This document shows, in pieces, positions 12,859-24,730 of a stretch of DNA of 64,000 nucleotides. The notes under the pieces are model-generated. The model saw only the letters and a program-made list of their open reading frames with translations, was not told where the DNA came from and made no database searches. A program made the translations under genes and the position numbers. Each line of letters begins with the position of its first letter. Position 1 is the stretch's first letter. The stretch is from Selaginella moellendorffii (Eukaryota > Plantae > Lycopodiophyta): positions 1,470,558 to 1,534,557 of the forward strand of contig NW_003314295.1 of the NCBI RefSeq assembly GCF_000143415.4, written 5' to 3'.

Positions 12859-14375
12859 TCAGACTGTTATTTTTTGCCTCCAACGCCTATACAATAATCT
12901 TGGAATTTCATCACTCTCCACACTATCAGGATTTAAACCCAATAGTAATGCCATCTCTTCTCTAATACGTCCACGCTCATGTTCAGTGGTCGAAGAACCC
13001 ATCCGGTTGAGCAGATTATGGAGATGCGGATAGTGCTTGGCTAGACAATATACATGCCATAAATGATGACTGGTGTCTGTCCGATCAAATGGCTTCTGAT
13101 ATACCGTTCCATCTGCCATTTGGTTGATTTCTGCAGCCACCTCCTGGACTGGCCGGTTCTCTATCACCATCGCTTCAAGCCGTTTTGCAAGGTCCCCCAG
13201 AACATACGGTTTCTTCTCCCTAGTTTCCATATTGCAAGAGATGGGGTGCACTGCATATGTGTGCGTGTTCGCTGCAGTTTTAATCGGCGAGTCATCGATG
13301 ATGAGGATTTCACTTGACCTAGCAGTCCGGTTCATCACTACAGCCTTTGCCTTGACGAAGATGGGCTTGCTACCCCTCACATGGACCATAGTCAAGCAAT
13401 CCTCCTGCGTTAGGAGAAAGTCAAATGGTAATATTACTCGCGTCTGATCGTGCATCATCTGTAGCAACGTTAATGCATTGTGGCGCATCATGGATGTCCA
13501 AACTCCCAATTGCAAATTGAACCCGGCCCTCTGTTTTAAGTGTCGCATGGTCATTATTAGATCCCGCAGTTTCTCCCGTGTGATTAATGTGAATCTGTCT
13601 CTTTTGACCAACTTGCGACTGCAGGCTTTGGAGGGTGCAGTGACATTCGAGGACGAGCCACGCTCATGGGAGAAAAGGACACCGTTCAGATCAAAAACGA
13701 TACAGTACTTTCGCCGTGACTCTGAAATGAAATGCGTTAGCATAAAAAATGGTACAAGTCAATTTTACCATCTACAATATTAGCGAATGGTGCTCCCGAT
13801 GGTCGTTCAGAGGGTTTTGGTCGAGGAAACGTGAAGGGCGGAAATACTCTCCTCTGCAATGTGGGGTCAATCGCATCCGATGGCGTGTGGGCACATGCCA
13901 TTTCAGCTGTAGACTCTGGTACAACTGGCTCAACAGTGGCATGGGGTGGTTCCGATGGCGTGTGATCACACGCCATTTCAGCTGGTGCCTCCATTGGCAA
14001 AGTGGACATGACCGAACAGGCAGCAGGGGCGGTGTAGGGAGGTTCCAACGGCGCGTAGTCAGACGATTGGGCACATGTTGAGTCCGTTGGAAATGAGGAT
14101 ACGACCGGCTCGGCGGCTGGGGCGGCCTCATGCGAGTCCAATGGCGCCTGGTCACCGTCAGTTGGATACGTGGACAAGATTGACTCAGTGGTATGGGCAG
14201 CATCAAGTGGAGCGTGGTCAGCTTGCTTGGCGTTGATATGGATAGTAGCCTCCACCAGCTCTGATGACTCTTGCAGGCAAGTAGAGTCCACTGGCGGATC
14301 CATATGCATGTCCAAATATCTCCCTTCGATTGAGATGGTATCCTCCCGTGCTACTAAAAACAAACTCATTAGCAC
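12859..14375 (-). CDS. Cargo: Pro/Ala-rich linker followed by an FCP1/NIF-family HAD phosphatase-like domain (12859-13743)
   Basis: HAD motif I variant CIVFDLNGVL, motif II GVWTS, motif IV LIIDDSPIK..AN...AVHP, typical of the plant/fungal DLNG FCP1-like subfamily. Confidence 0.75.
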
Positions 14376-14559
14376 ATTGAATCGACTATACTGTATTTAC
14401 CATCAACTGCTATTGAGGAACTAGGACCGATATCACTTGGGCGCACTGCTGATTCTGAAGGATTGGACATACGTTTCGACCCTTGCTTGGCACTATCCTT
14501 CCTCGACACTAAAGGCTAGAGTTTGTATCTTAATTCAACTGAATAATCTCTACTTACCA

Positions 14560-15620
14560 TTTCTTCTGCGACCTACATGGACAATGTTAGAAATGGTAAA
14601 AGGTTAGGAATGGATGTACTATTATTTACCTGATGGTTTGTCTTGTATGACCTTCCTCCGCTGCTCTTTGGCCACCTCAGGCTGGCCATCATCGTCATCA
14701 TCGTCATCGTCGTTATTGTGATCGTCACCATTGTGAGGACCATCCAAGTCCTCTTCGTCCTCCTCTTCTTCGTCCTCCTCTTCGTCCTTCTGCTCTTCCT
14801 GCTCATTATCTTTCTCTGGCTCCTCATCCCCCTCTTGCATTTCTTCCATAGGCTGCTCAGGCTGGATTGCTTGTTTTTCCAGGACCATCTTGGAAAAATC
14901 ATCTGGCCGAGTCTCCATCTCAAAATACAAGACATCCATAGCCTGTTTTAGTGCGTGACCTAGGACCGTATCCTCACCCGACTGTCTTAACATGGTTTCT
15001 GCACGTTCTTGCACCCTTCGAAGACGACGAGATGAGAAAAACGTGGCCCTGACTTGAAAAGCATCCCTCATCCATTGTACCTCTCCATTGAGATTGGGGA
15101 AGGGGAGTCCGCCATAGGAATCTGAGTCAGAAGGTGGTGACTGGCTCCTTTCACTCAGCCCTTGATCTGCAATGAATGGCATGAGCACACACGCCATAAC
15201 CGCGAGGCATTACCTATCATCTTTTCGTTGCCCTTCTTCCTTTTCGAATCAAACGCCTCTGATCCCGACGACTGTCCAACGTGCTTTCGCTTTTTATGAC
15301 CACTGTCAGTTTGAGCTTGGCTGGTGCTTGCCTGTTTTGCCTTTGAAGAAGTGTCTCCTGCAAGGAATGGCATGAGACCACACGCCATTGCAAATATAAT
15401 TTGTACCTCCTTTTTTCCTATTGCTTGTCTGTTTGTCCTTCTTCGACGCGCCACCAGTGCGCTTTTCAGTCCTCGTGTCTGAATATTCACAACGATCTAT
15501 AATCAAAATGGCGTGAGGCCTCACGTGACCTTACCTTGTGCAGGTTGTGACCTCGGCCTAACATCAGTAGCTGTTAACGCCGTTTCAGCATCTGGGGGTG
15601 GCCACGCTCCTGCATACAGA
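14560..15620 (-). CDS. Cargo exons encoding basic NLS-like and very acidic (D/E-rich) segments
   Basis: GT-AG introns of 47-56 bp (15167-15213, 15358-15406, 15479-15534); KKRK motifs; acidic run EEEDEEEEDEEDLDG...DDDDDDDD. Confidence 0.5.
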
Positions 15621-15642
15621 GCTTGTGAGATAACATTTAAAC

Positions 15643-18222
15643 TTAAAGTGCGTACTCACCAGGTTCGTAGAGAAGATACTGTTTTTCTTTGGCAACTGTA
15701 ATTATATGCTCCATTGAAGTCACCTCTTCAATGGAGTTTGTCACCGCAACACACGGGACACCCTTGAGTAGTGCGGCTCGAAAGAATAGTCCGCCGCAGT
15801 TGTACTCGACAACGCATTTGCCCTTGGAGTCACCCGCTATTGCATTGAAGACCCAGCTGAGCATTTCCCATGCTGCACCTGGAGCTTTCTTTGGATTCGA
15901 AAGCTCCATAGCCGTCTTCAGTTCCTCAGGCACGGGTAAATTGACCTCCCTCAGATCAATTCGATCGGCTTTGTTGAACGAAGCTGGGAAGTCACTCCAG
16001 TCCCACTCTGCTGCAGGACCAATAACAAGGGCGACTGTGAAGATGCGGACATTCGTCGGTATCTTCTTCTTAGCCATTATCCCATGGATCTCCCGCATCT
16101 CCTTGCCTTTCAACCGAGCCTTCACCTCGTTCAAGGCCTTCCAGAACTTGTGATAGGATTCGGAGTCGTAGATCATATAGTGGACTGAAGATTCCACCTT
16201 CGCAAGTCCCACCATTAAGTCAATGATGGAGCTGACTTCGTCTGCATGAGTGATCTCCTCGTTTGTGAAGTCCATCACACAAAAGATGTTCTTGACCTGC
16301 TCATCTCCGCGGGAAACGATGCTCCTCCACCTTTGATCCTCATCCGAATTCACGTATACCCGGTAAGGTTCTCAATAGGCCTCTGCTGCGGGGTCGAGCT
16401 GTTTCTGAAGCCGGCGGTCGACATCCCTCTTAATGAAATTTGGATACTGATCCAACTTTTCAGCTTTACTTTTCGTGGCATCCCGCAGCAGATCGATGAA
16501 CTTGGGGGCCCCCTTCACGTACTCGTCGATGTCTTCATTTGACAAATCCAGCTCTTCCATCATCTCTTGCGTGGTGTCGATGCTCACCCTCGCCACGGCC
16601 ACTTGCTCGAAGATCCAATCCTTCAATAGCGCACGAGCTCTCAGAGTCGTGCACAAGTCCTCGTATGTCACAATATGGCCGGGAGTCATTTTGGTCTTGT
16701 TGAAGACTACCTCACCACGTAGAAGAGCATTAGCCACTGTCAGAAGGTCGTCGTCGTCTAGAGACCGCGAGAAACGCAAGGCGTTGAGCTTCAAATCATT
16801 GGGCTTCCGGCCGTCCTCCACACCCATTGAGTTTAGCAACTCCCCGTCATGGTACCTTCTTATCACATCTACCCATTTGTCAAAAACAACTTTTGTCGCG
16901 AGTAGAATGTTATGGATGCTGAGTGTGTCATTGACCCCCAGTGTTTTCGAGAGAAGACACGAGAATTCCTGCAATGGAAATGGCGTGAGGCCACATGCTA
17001 TGCCACATGCAACGAGGCTTACCTGCCAGGCGCTAGTTGCTAGTGCACATCCTTGTCCTGGTTTTTGTGGCTTCTTCAGTTGAACCCAGAGCTTCCGTGT
17101 TCGTGCCAATGTCTCGTGCAGACCCGATTTGTAGCACGTTTCTTGCTTGACATTCTGCGCGTGGGAGATGTATATGATAGATCGGAGGGGCGAGTTGCCT
17201 TTTATCAGGCGGACAACTCTTGTCTTGAAGACTTTCTTCACCTCCTCGCCCACCATAATATCCACAACTATCTGTTGCATCGCCAAGCTAGAATGCTGCC
17301 CGGAGACGGCATAGAACCGGATGTTCTGATCGTCCAACACCTTCCTATTGATCAAGTCTGGAAACCTCGTCTCGCCCTTCATTGTTCGGTAGTAGGGGAT
17401 CACGTCTACGATGTCGGGTGTTACTGGACTTGCCAGCATCTTCTGCTTCAGTTTCTCCACCCACTCATCAGATACTAGCCTGTGGTTGTATTTGCTTTGG
17501 ATCTCGATACGGCTCACGTCGATTGTATATACTTTGTTGGAATAGTAACAAGTACTATTATCTGCGACGATTTTTGCTGCCTCTTCTTGCTCTTTCTGCT
17601 CTTTGCGGCTCTTCTTTTTGGTGGGTGTAGTGTTCGAACCCGAGGCAATGGCATCACCGAGTAGCTTCTTTTTTGGAGCAGCAAAGTCGGACGTCGGCTT
17701 GAGCTTGACCACCCTTTTCTGCTTCGGGGTAGTTTCCAGATCGACCCCCTTCCCCTTCGCTTCGCAAACTGGAGGCACTCTCAACGGCTCAATGTTGGAA
17801 TATAGTTTTTGAACATCGCCGTAGGTGAGGTCCGTGGATTCCATGTGATCTTCATAGACCCGCAGCGTCTTTGAAATTGTGGGCCTCCTGGACAACCTCT
17901 CCCTAGCTCCCTCTAGGAATTCCTCATAGCCGCTGCCCCCCTCCGGGAAGCCGCTAGGATGTGCAAGGTGGATCTTGAAGGCGGACGTTGTCTCTACCAC
18001 AAGTGCCAGTCCATATTCTTGCATGGAACTGCATGGAGTGTCTGTCACTTGGATGAGGATCCCCATGCATTCTTTTCTCCCACCATCTGTGTTGTACAGC
18101 ATCAGATCCTCGCCTTCCATCCCGAAAGTCCAACTGGTGAGCTCCTCCCCCTTCTCTGCATCCACATTGACAGTGGCTGGAAGAAGAACGCAATTCCTCG
18201 CCTGTTCAAAAATGCACAACAA
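15643..18222 (-). CDS. Transposon cargo: ParB/Srx-like domain in frame with a degenerate N4/N6 DNA-methyltransferase-like domain (one in-frame TGA at 16372-16374); multi-exon
   Basis: ORFs 16372-18222 and 15643-16353 share a frame (AEAY*EPYRVYVNS). ParB-like pattern IDVSRIEI...NHR.VSDEWVEKL...M....FYAVSGQHS..A. MTase-like tail KK.P.AAWEML.WVF....GD.KG..VVEYNCGGLFFRAALLKGVPCVAV. 54-bp in-frame intron at 16969-17022. Confidence 0.55.
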
Positions 18223-20002
18223 TTAGAGCTGACAGATGAAAAGCTAGCAGCTGGAAATAACGTGAGGCCACACGCCATTCACCACTGCATCAGATGTCTT
18301 GAGGCTGCATCCTAAGATGGCGTGAGGCTACACGCCATCTGTAACCGGACTGCACTCGAGAGCCCAATCGGTGCATGCCAATGTTGCTACTGAATGGCAT
18401 GTGGCCTCATGCCATTTTCTACTTCGTCTAAAAGACTTACCATTTGAAGCCGAATGGAGGCCGTGACAATCGAGGCCGGACTCGCTGGCGAATGTGCACT
18501 GTGTGTGCAGCGGATCGTAGCAGCAAGGCTACTCTGCCACTTACAGTTGGAGAGTGGTGCTGAAATCTCCCGGGACGCCAAGTGGGCTGCGTGTGGGTGG
18601 TGGAGTGGGCGGCGGAGTTGGCGGCGAAGTTACAAACTGGGTGTGTCTTGAAGTGGACGCCGATGCACACGAGCGCGAGTGGACGCCGATGCACACGAGA
18701 AACCTGTAGAGAAGTGAGCGTGATCGCGAGTGGGAGCGCGATGCGAGCGGGAGCGCAAGTGTGATGCGAGCGCGAGCGCGAGTGTGCGAGCGCGAGTACA
18801 AAGCAAAATGCAAAACCTAACCTCACACGCGCGAAATGTCACAACGGTTGGTAATCCCGCCACGTCATCATTCCTCGGACTTGGGCGCCACCATTAATTT
18901 CTGGATTGCCGCGCGCATGCAAGCACGCAAAATCCAAAAGAAATCCGCAACGTCATCATTCCTCAGACTGCATGCACGCGAAATCCAAAAGAAAGATCAT
19001 GATTGGGATATCATTTAATACCCTCACTATATTTATACCATGCATGATTGGATATTCCAAAGCATCTTGTATTTCCAAAAATGGCAGATGTTCAGCTAAA
19101 TAAAGAAATTCTATCTGTTTCTATTTTTCTCTCAAATCAATATTATAGCATGCAATTTTGAACCAAAGAAACCCAAAAAACGTTGGACCCAAAATATTTT
19201 GAAAAAACCCAAAAAACCCTAAACATTTTAAACCCAAAAATCCAGGCGTCCTGTGGCGTTATTCCTTGAATGGCGTGTGGGCGCATGCCATTTTCAGGGC
19301 CAAATGCTGAATGGAGAAAAATTCCCTTTCAGTGCAAATGCTGCAAGAGGCAGATGCCGAGCACAAAAGACTGTAACTACCTCACATGACACAGATAAAC
19401 TTTTCTCTATTTGGCAAAGATAAACTTTATAGCGTGTGGGCTCATGCAATTTTGAACCCAAAAAATGCACCAAAAAATTCTCGGCGTCATCTGGCATTAT
19501 CTCTTGAATGGCGTGGGGCCGCATGCCATTTTCAGGGGCACATAGGAGTATATTCCTAGGATATTCTGACACACGCGAGATTTTTTTGAGTTTTCTGGAG
19601 ATCCAACCGTTAGATCGCAACTAGATTTTACAGAATGGTATACAATGTCTTTCTTGATGACCCTGCAAAGAAGCATCTCAATCGGACACCACATGAGACC
19701 ACACGAGCCTTACAATGTTTCAGGGGCATTTGCCATAGATCCGACCGTTATTTTGCTCCAAGATTTCACAGTTTGGTGTGCATTGACCTTTCCATCGAAA
19801 CTGCAAAGGGACATCACAATCAGATGCGGGATCACAAGAAACTAACTTCACTAACTCTGGTTTCACCAAGATCTACGTAAGGAGTTATGAAATGAAAGGA
19901 CCCTCTCTATTGAAATGTGTTTATGGTCCTAGGGGCATTGTGACATATCAAAGGATTTTGCATCAAGTTCTGTATTTGCATGTTTATCAAGCTACTGAAT
20001 TG

Positions 20003-20043
20003 CTAAACCCTAAACCCTAAACCCTAAACCCTAAACCCTAAAC
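20003..20043. repeat. Interstitial plant telomeric repeat (CCCTAAA)n, about 6 units
   Basis: ctaaaccctaaaccctaaaccctaaaccctaaaccctaaac. Confidence 0.9.
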
Positions 20044-21373
20044 ATGTGGCAAATGCTGCGTGAAGAAAGATGCCCTTTCTGGGCAAATGCTGTAAGAGGC
20101 AGATGCCGAGCAGATGTATCTCAGGCTAGCGAAGGGGACGAACGAAAGCTAGCTATAAACATGACGGGATGCAAATAGATTACTAGGCTGGTCCTACGAA
20201 AATCAAAAACCATAATTGAAAACATTGAAAATGCAAAAAGAAAGGTTTATAATATTTTTGAATTTTAGGCAACCAAAGGAATGTAAGTAAGGCATGTGTT
20301 TGTAAGTTTAAAAATGCCTCAACCACTTAAATTCCCAAGTAAATAAAGCTGTTTCTATTTTTGGTACAGGTAAACTTTATAGCGTGTGGGCTCATGCAAT
20401 TTTGAACCCAAAAATGCACCAAAAAATGCTCGACTAGCATTATTCTTTGAATGGCGTGTGGCCTTATGTCGAGCATTATTCTTTGAATGGCGTGTGGCCT
20501 TATATTGCCATAAATGGACGTACACACACAGCGTAATTATTCCTTTACACGGCGAATAATCTTGGCGCGGATCGCTGACATGGCATGGCAAAGTTCGAAT
20601 CACTGACATGGCACAGCTGGATCGAGGCAAGGACATGATGTGACAAAGTTCAACCTCCGACAACAAAGTCTAGAAGCTACTCAGTTTGAAATTTGTCAGA
20701 GGAATCATAAGATCTGGTTTGTCAGAGGATTTGATGTGACGTTCAAGCGTGTGTTATTTTTGAATTCTCGAACTCATTCCTAGGTCTATCATTTTTGTGC
20801 GCCGTGTTCTTGGTTCCGCTGAGCGCAGTGAGCGCTGCTTGTGTAAGCGGCGTTGTGGGCTGTGGTTTATGCGTCTACGAGCGGTTGCGGCATTGCGAGC
20901 GCCATTGCGAGCGGCAGTTTATGCGAGTGGCAGTTTGTGCGAGCGGCGCTACGAGCAGTTGCGGTGTTGCGAGCGGCGCTACGAGTAGTTGCGGTGTTGC
21001 GAGCGGCACTGTCTTTGGTGTGGCTACCGCTTCCTCTTGATATTCGGCACTTGTGCTTCCTGGTATGTTCACCATGGAATGGCTTAGGACCACATTTAGA
21101 AATGGCATGAGGCCACATGCCATCTTGGGCCCTTGCAATTTCATGGCTAGCGTATTGTCATGTATGTTTTTACTTGCCTGCAGCTGTGTGTATATCAAGA
21201 TGGCATGAGGCCTCATGCCAATTTTGTGAATGCGAAATTTCACGTGGGTGTCAATAGCATGTTTGAATAATGGCATGTGGCCTCATGCTATTGAGGTTGT
21301 TTGGTATGTTATGATTTAGGCCATTCTCCAATCATTTTTTGTATGGTCTTAACTTCTTTTCTGCACTTTCAGA

Positions 21374-24300
21374 ATGGCCTTCAGGGTTGGGGAAAAGGTT
21401 TACATTTTGAATGGTGGGAAGAGAGTTGCAAAAGGGACCCTTGTGTCTATGGATCGGAACTTTGTTATACACTGTGAAAGGCTTGGGGAAGGCAATGCTG
21501 CTGTATCAGTAGAGACTGTCTTCGATGGGAATGTGGTCGCTATTGAACGAGGAGAGATGGTCGTCGGGGTAAATGTTGTTGTTGCCTTGAAAAATCTTCA
21601 GAAGAAAGCAGATGTTGGGGACAGCGCAAGTGCGACGCATGTTCCCTCCGTGGATCTTAAGAACCGTGCTACATGGATTCAGGCAAAAGTGTTTCTAAAC
21701 AACCCCGAGGGGGAGGTGGTAGCTGAGGGCTTAGCCACAGTTGTCGATCCAAGAGATGCGGTTGCTAATCAAGAATTGGGCTGGGATGATATTGGAGTTG
21801 CGATTTTAGAGGTTGTTGACACAGAAGAAAACAGTCTGACTATTGGAAGCATTGTGCGGTGGAAATTGAGGCACTTAGTGTTTGAGAATGTGAAGGATTC
21901 ACAATCAAACACCACTACAACTGATGACAGAACATCTCTTCATGGGAAAAGAAAGTACACCTTCCTAAAGCGCAGCCAAAGGGATCTGAGCAACGAACCG
22001 AAAAGGCAGAAAATGGCGATGGAGGTTCGAATGGTCTCGACAGTTGCTTGTTGCAAGAGGAGGTGCTGTCAACATGCTGATTGGGATGCTATTGAAGAGG
22101 AGAGAGCAAGATACAAGACATTGTCCTGGAAGGCAGCTCGCAATTTTGTGTATGAGGCATTACGGTCATCTGTTGATGCTTTAGAACATCAGGTGGGGGG
22201 CATGGTCTTCCAGAGGGGTTTGGTCTGCATGAAGGCATGGAGAATCATTTATGGAGTCCCTCGAAGCACATTCTACAGAATCAAAACTGAGTTCGAGGAA
22301 CAAAGGGTTCAACAGGCAGTCCATGGGAACGACGGTACGCACAAAACCAGGGGTCATGTTGTATATGGAGAGGCAATCTTCAAGAGGTTTGTCGAGACAT
22401 GTAGCGAGCAGCAACCACATAAAACCCGCCTCTTGGAAGATGGAACACGAGACACCCAACGAGTTCTCCCTTCCATGTATACCAAGGGGGCCATATTGGA
22501 AGATGTGAATCGGGAACTCCAGAGTAATGGCTACAGGAAGCTGAGCCAATCTAGATTTAGTAGATTGTGGAGCAACAGGTTCAGGGATGTGAGTATAGGA
22601 AAGTACTCCAGCTTTTCAAAGTGTGACGAGTGCACTGCTATCAAAATGGCTTTGTCGAAGAATTCTTGCAGCGCTCAAGAGCGAGAGACGTTGGTTAGAA
22701 GGCGGCTCGACCACAACATCGAGCAGAGAAGCTGCAGGACTGCATATTATCATAACAGGATTCTCTCCATGGAGAGACCTGACTCTTACCTCTGCATCAT
22801 CCACGACAAAATGGACCAGAAAAAGACGTGCTTACCTCGACTCAATCCTGCCCCCAAGGCAATCTCTTCATCCATGCAGCTGCCTGTGTCTCTGTTTGGC
22901 ATAATCGCTCATGGGCATGGTGCCCAGAACTATGGGAACTTCTTTGTACCTCTATGGGGTGGCGGGGGTGCAAACATGATGATTGCGTCCCTAGCAAAAC
23001 ACTTAAGGTCTCTGCAAAGTGCGCAGACTGAGCTGAACGGCCAACCCTTGCATAAGGCCCTTGTCGATCGAACCCCATACAGGGTTCAGCTGGAGGAGGA
23101 GCAAAGGCTTGCAGTATCGCGTGGGGCCCCATGCCATCCCAGTGAATATGTTGGCCGTCAGATTGTAGGGTTATCACGTGAGGCCTCATGCCATTCCGAC
23201 GAGGCTGGTCGCCCGGTGAATGCACAGCCTCATCCAAACGAAGCAGAATCTCAAGGAAGTTCTTGCGGCCGATGTGGCCTTCCACCCCATCTTCTGCTCC
23301 AAACAGACAATGCTGGCAGTGAGAACAAAAACATGTACGTCTTCGCGTACTTGGCGATGCTTGTTGCCAAAGGCATATTTGAAACGGTTACACTTGGCTT
23401 TCTCATGGTTGGGCACACTCATGAAGACGTCGATGCCATGTTCAGTCACCTGGCAGAGTCCCTCCGGCGATCCAATGTCCTCACCCTCCCACAACTCTAC
23501 GATGAATTCCAAAATTGCATCAAAGGCACTGTTGAAGCTGCACTTCTGACAGAGGTTCCAGACTTTAAGGGGTTTGTAAGAGGCTACATCAGGGATGGAT
23601 CCGAAACGCTGATTGGCCACTCCAAGCCTCTTCAGTTTCATTTCAGCATGTGTGACGGTGCTCCAGTGATGAGGTACAAGATGAGAGAATGGGATACAGT
23701 GTGGCTGCCAGTGGACGGCATTGAACTCTTCAAGAGAGATCCCATAACTGGGGAACCTATGATTCCTCAGGGTTCCCCATGGCCGATGCACCCGGATGGA
23801 CTCAAAGACCAGGAAAGTATAGTGGCCGGGATTAGACAGCATATTGCCTTCTGGAAGAGGGGGTTGGTGTTTGGTGGAGAATCCTATTTTCAGAGGTGCA
23901 AGCCTTTGCTCGAATACTGGGAGAAGATTATATCTGCTATCCAAAATGGGCCGGTTGTATATGAAGAATTGGAAGAGTCCTTTTGGCCAGAACCCAGAGC
24001 ACCAGATAGTAGCGGAACAATGTCCTCTGGAAATGCAGTGACAGATAACGATGTTGAGGATCACTATTGTGGGCCGAGGAACAAGAAGCCGGATTCAGCA
24101 TTCAATCCAGTACAGGTCTGCAAAGGAATGGTCGTGCTTGTCAGACCCAGTAATAAAAAACAAATGATATGGGTGGGGCGCTGCATCACTGATGCAGAGG
24201 AGGACGCGGAAACTAACTCCTTCAATGTAACTGTGGAGTGGTTCAAGCCAAGTTCCGGATATACGAAGGATTGCCTAGAAAAGAGATGGGTGCTGAATCC

Positions 24301-24442
24301 AAGGGATCCCAGCATGAGCATATCGGTGGATAATGTTGTGCATGGTTGGATGCGGAAGCAGAGTGCCACCATCACCTTGCCAGACCATGCAAGAGATGCA
24401 GCAAGAGCATTCATAACTCGGGTTCAAGGTGAGATTCATTAA
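21374..24442 (+). CDS. DDD/E transposase (Sola1/DUF7869-like), uninterrupted 1022-aa ORF; a possible extra last exon extends it to 24515
   Basis: CDEC...H motif; candidate catalytic blocks IIHDKMDQKK.CLP, LQTDNAGSENKN and FLMVGHTHEDVDAMF. Two N-terminal VA(K/E)G...LG repeats resemble the Tnp1/En/Spm domain. Beta-rich C-terminal domain. Possible 52-bp GT-AG intron at 24429-24480. Confidence 0.85.
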   Translation: MAFRVGEKVYILNGGKRVAKGTLVSMDRNFVIHCERLGEGNAAVSVETVFDGNVVAIERGEMVVGVNVVVALKNLQKKADVGDSASATHVPSVDLKNRATWIQAKVFLNNPEGEVVAEGLATVVDPRDAVANQELGWDDIGVAILEVVDTEENSLTIGSIVRWKLRHLVFENVKDSQSNTTTTDDRTSLHGKRKYTFLKRSQRDLSNEPKRQKMAMEVRMVSTVACCKRRCCQHADWDAIEEERARYKTLSWKAARNFVYEALRSSVDALEHQVGGMVFQRGLVCMKAWRIIYGVPRSTFYRIKTEFEEQRVQQAVHGNDGTHKTRGHVVYGEAIFKRFVETCSEQQPHKTRLLEDGTRDTQRVLPSMYTKGAILEDVNRELQSNGYRKLSQSRFSRLWSNRFRDVSIGKYSSFSKCDECTAIKMALSKNSCSAQERETLVRRRLDHNIEQRSCRTAYYHNRILSMERPDSYLCIIHDKMDQKKTCLPRLNPAPKAISSSMQLPVSLFGIIAHGHGAQNYGNFFVPLWGGGGANMMIASLAKHLRSLQSAQTELNGQPLHKALVDRTPYRVQLEEEQRLAVSRGAPCHPSEYVGRQIVGLSREASCHSDEAGRPVNAQPHPNEAESQGSSCGRCGLPPHLLLQTDNAGSENKNMYVFAYLAMLVAKGIFETVTLGFLMVGHTHEDVDAMFSHLAESLRRSNVLTLPQLYDEFQNCIKGTVEAALLTEVPDFKGFVRGYIRDGSETLIGHSKPLQFHFSMCDGAPVMRYKMREWDTVWLPVDGIELFKRDPITGEPMIPQGSPWPMHPDGLKDQESIVAGIRQHIAFWKRGLVFGGESYFQRCKPLLEYWEKIISAIQNGPVVYEELEESFWPEPRAPDSSGTMSSGNAVTDNDVEDHYCGPRNKKPDSAFNPVQVCKGMVVLVRPSNKKQMIWVGRCITDAEEDAETNSFNVTVEWFKPSSGYTKDCLEKRWVLNPRDPSMSISVDNVVHGWMRKQSATITLPDHARDAARAFITRVQGEIH

Positions 24443-24730
24443 TATTCCTTTACAAAGTTTCTAATGTATTTTATTTCAAGGTGAACAATCCGAATCTGAA
24501 TCAGAGGAGGCTTGATATAGTGTGTGAGGTAAAACAAAGATGATGTGACATATGCATTTACCAATCACACGTGCATAAATCTAATAATATGGCGTGTGGC
24601 CCATATTAATGGCACATAAACCCATATTGTGGGCTTACGTGCTTTATGTACCATCATTCCCTTGCAGCGTGTGTGTTGGTTTCCTTTTATAACACAACGA
24701 ACTCCATATTTTAGGGTGAAGAGCGTTCTC

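Noticed and set aside
23186-24064. 292-aa antisense ORF, and similar antisense ORFs over CCC1, PPR, pol and the cargo
   Set aside because: Shadow frames of real coding sequence on the opposite strand.
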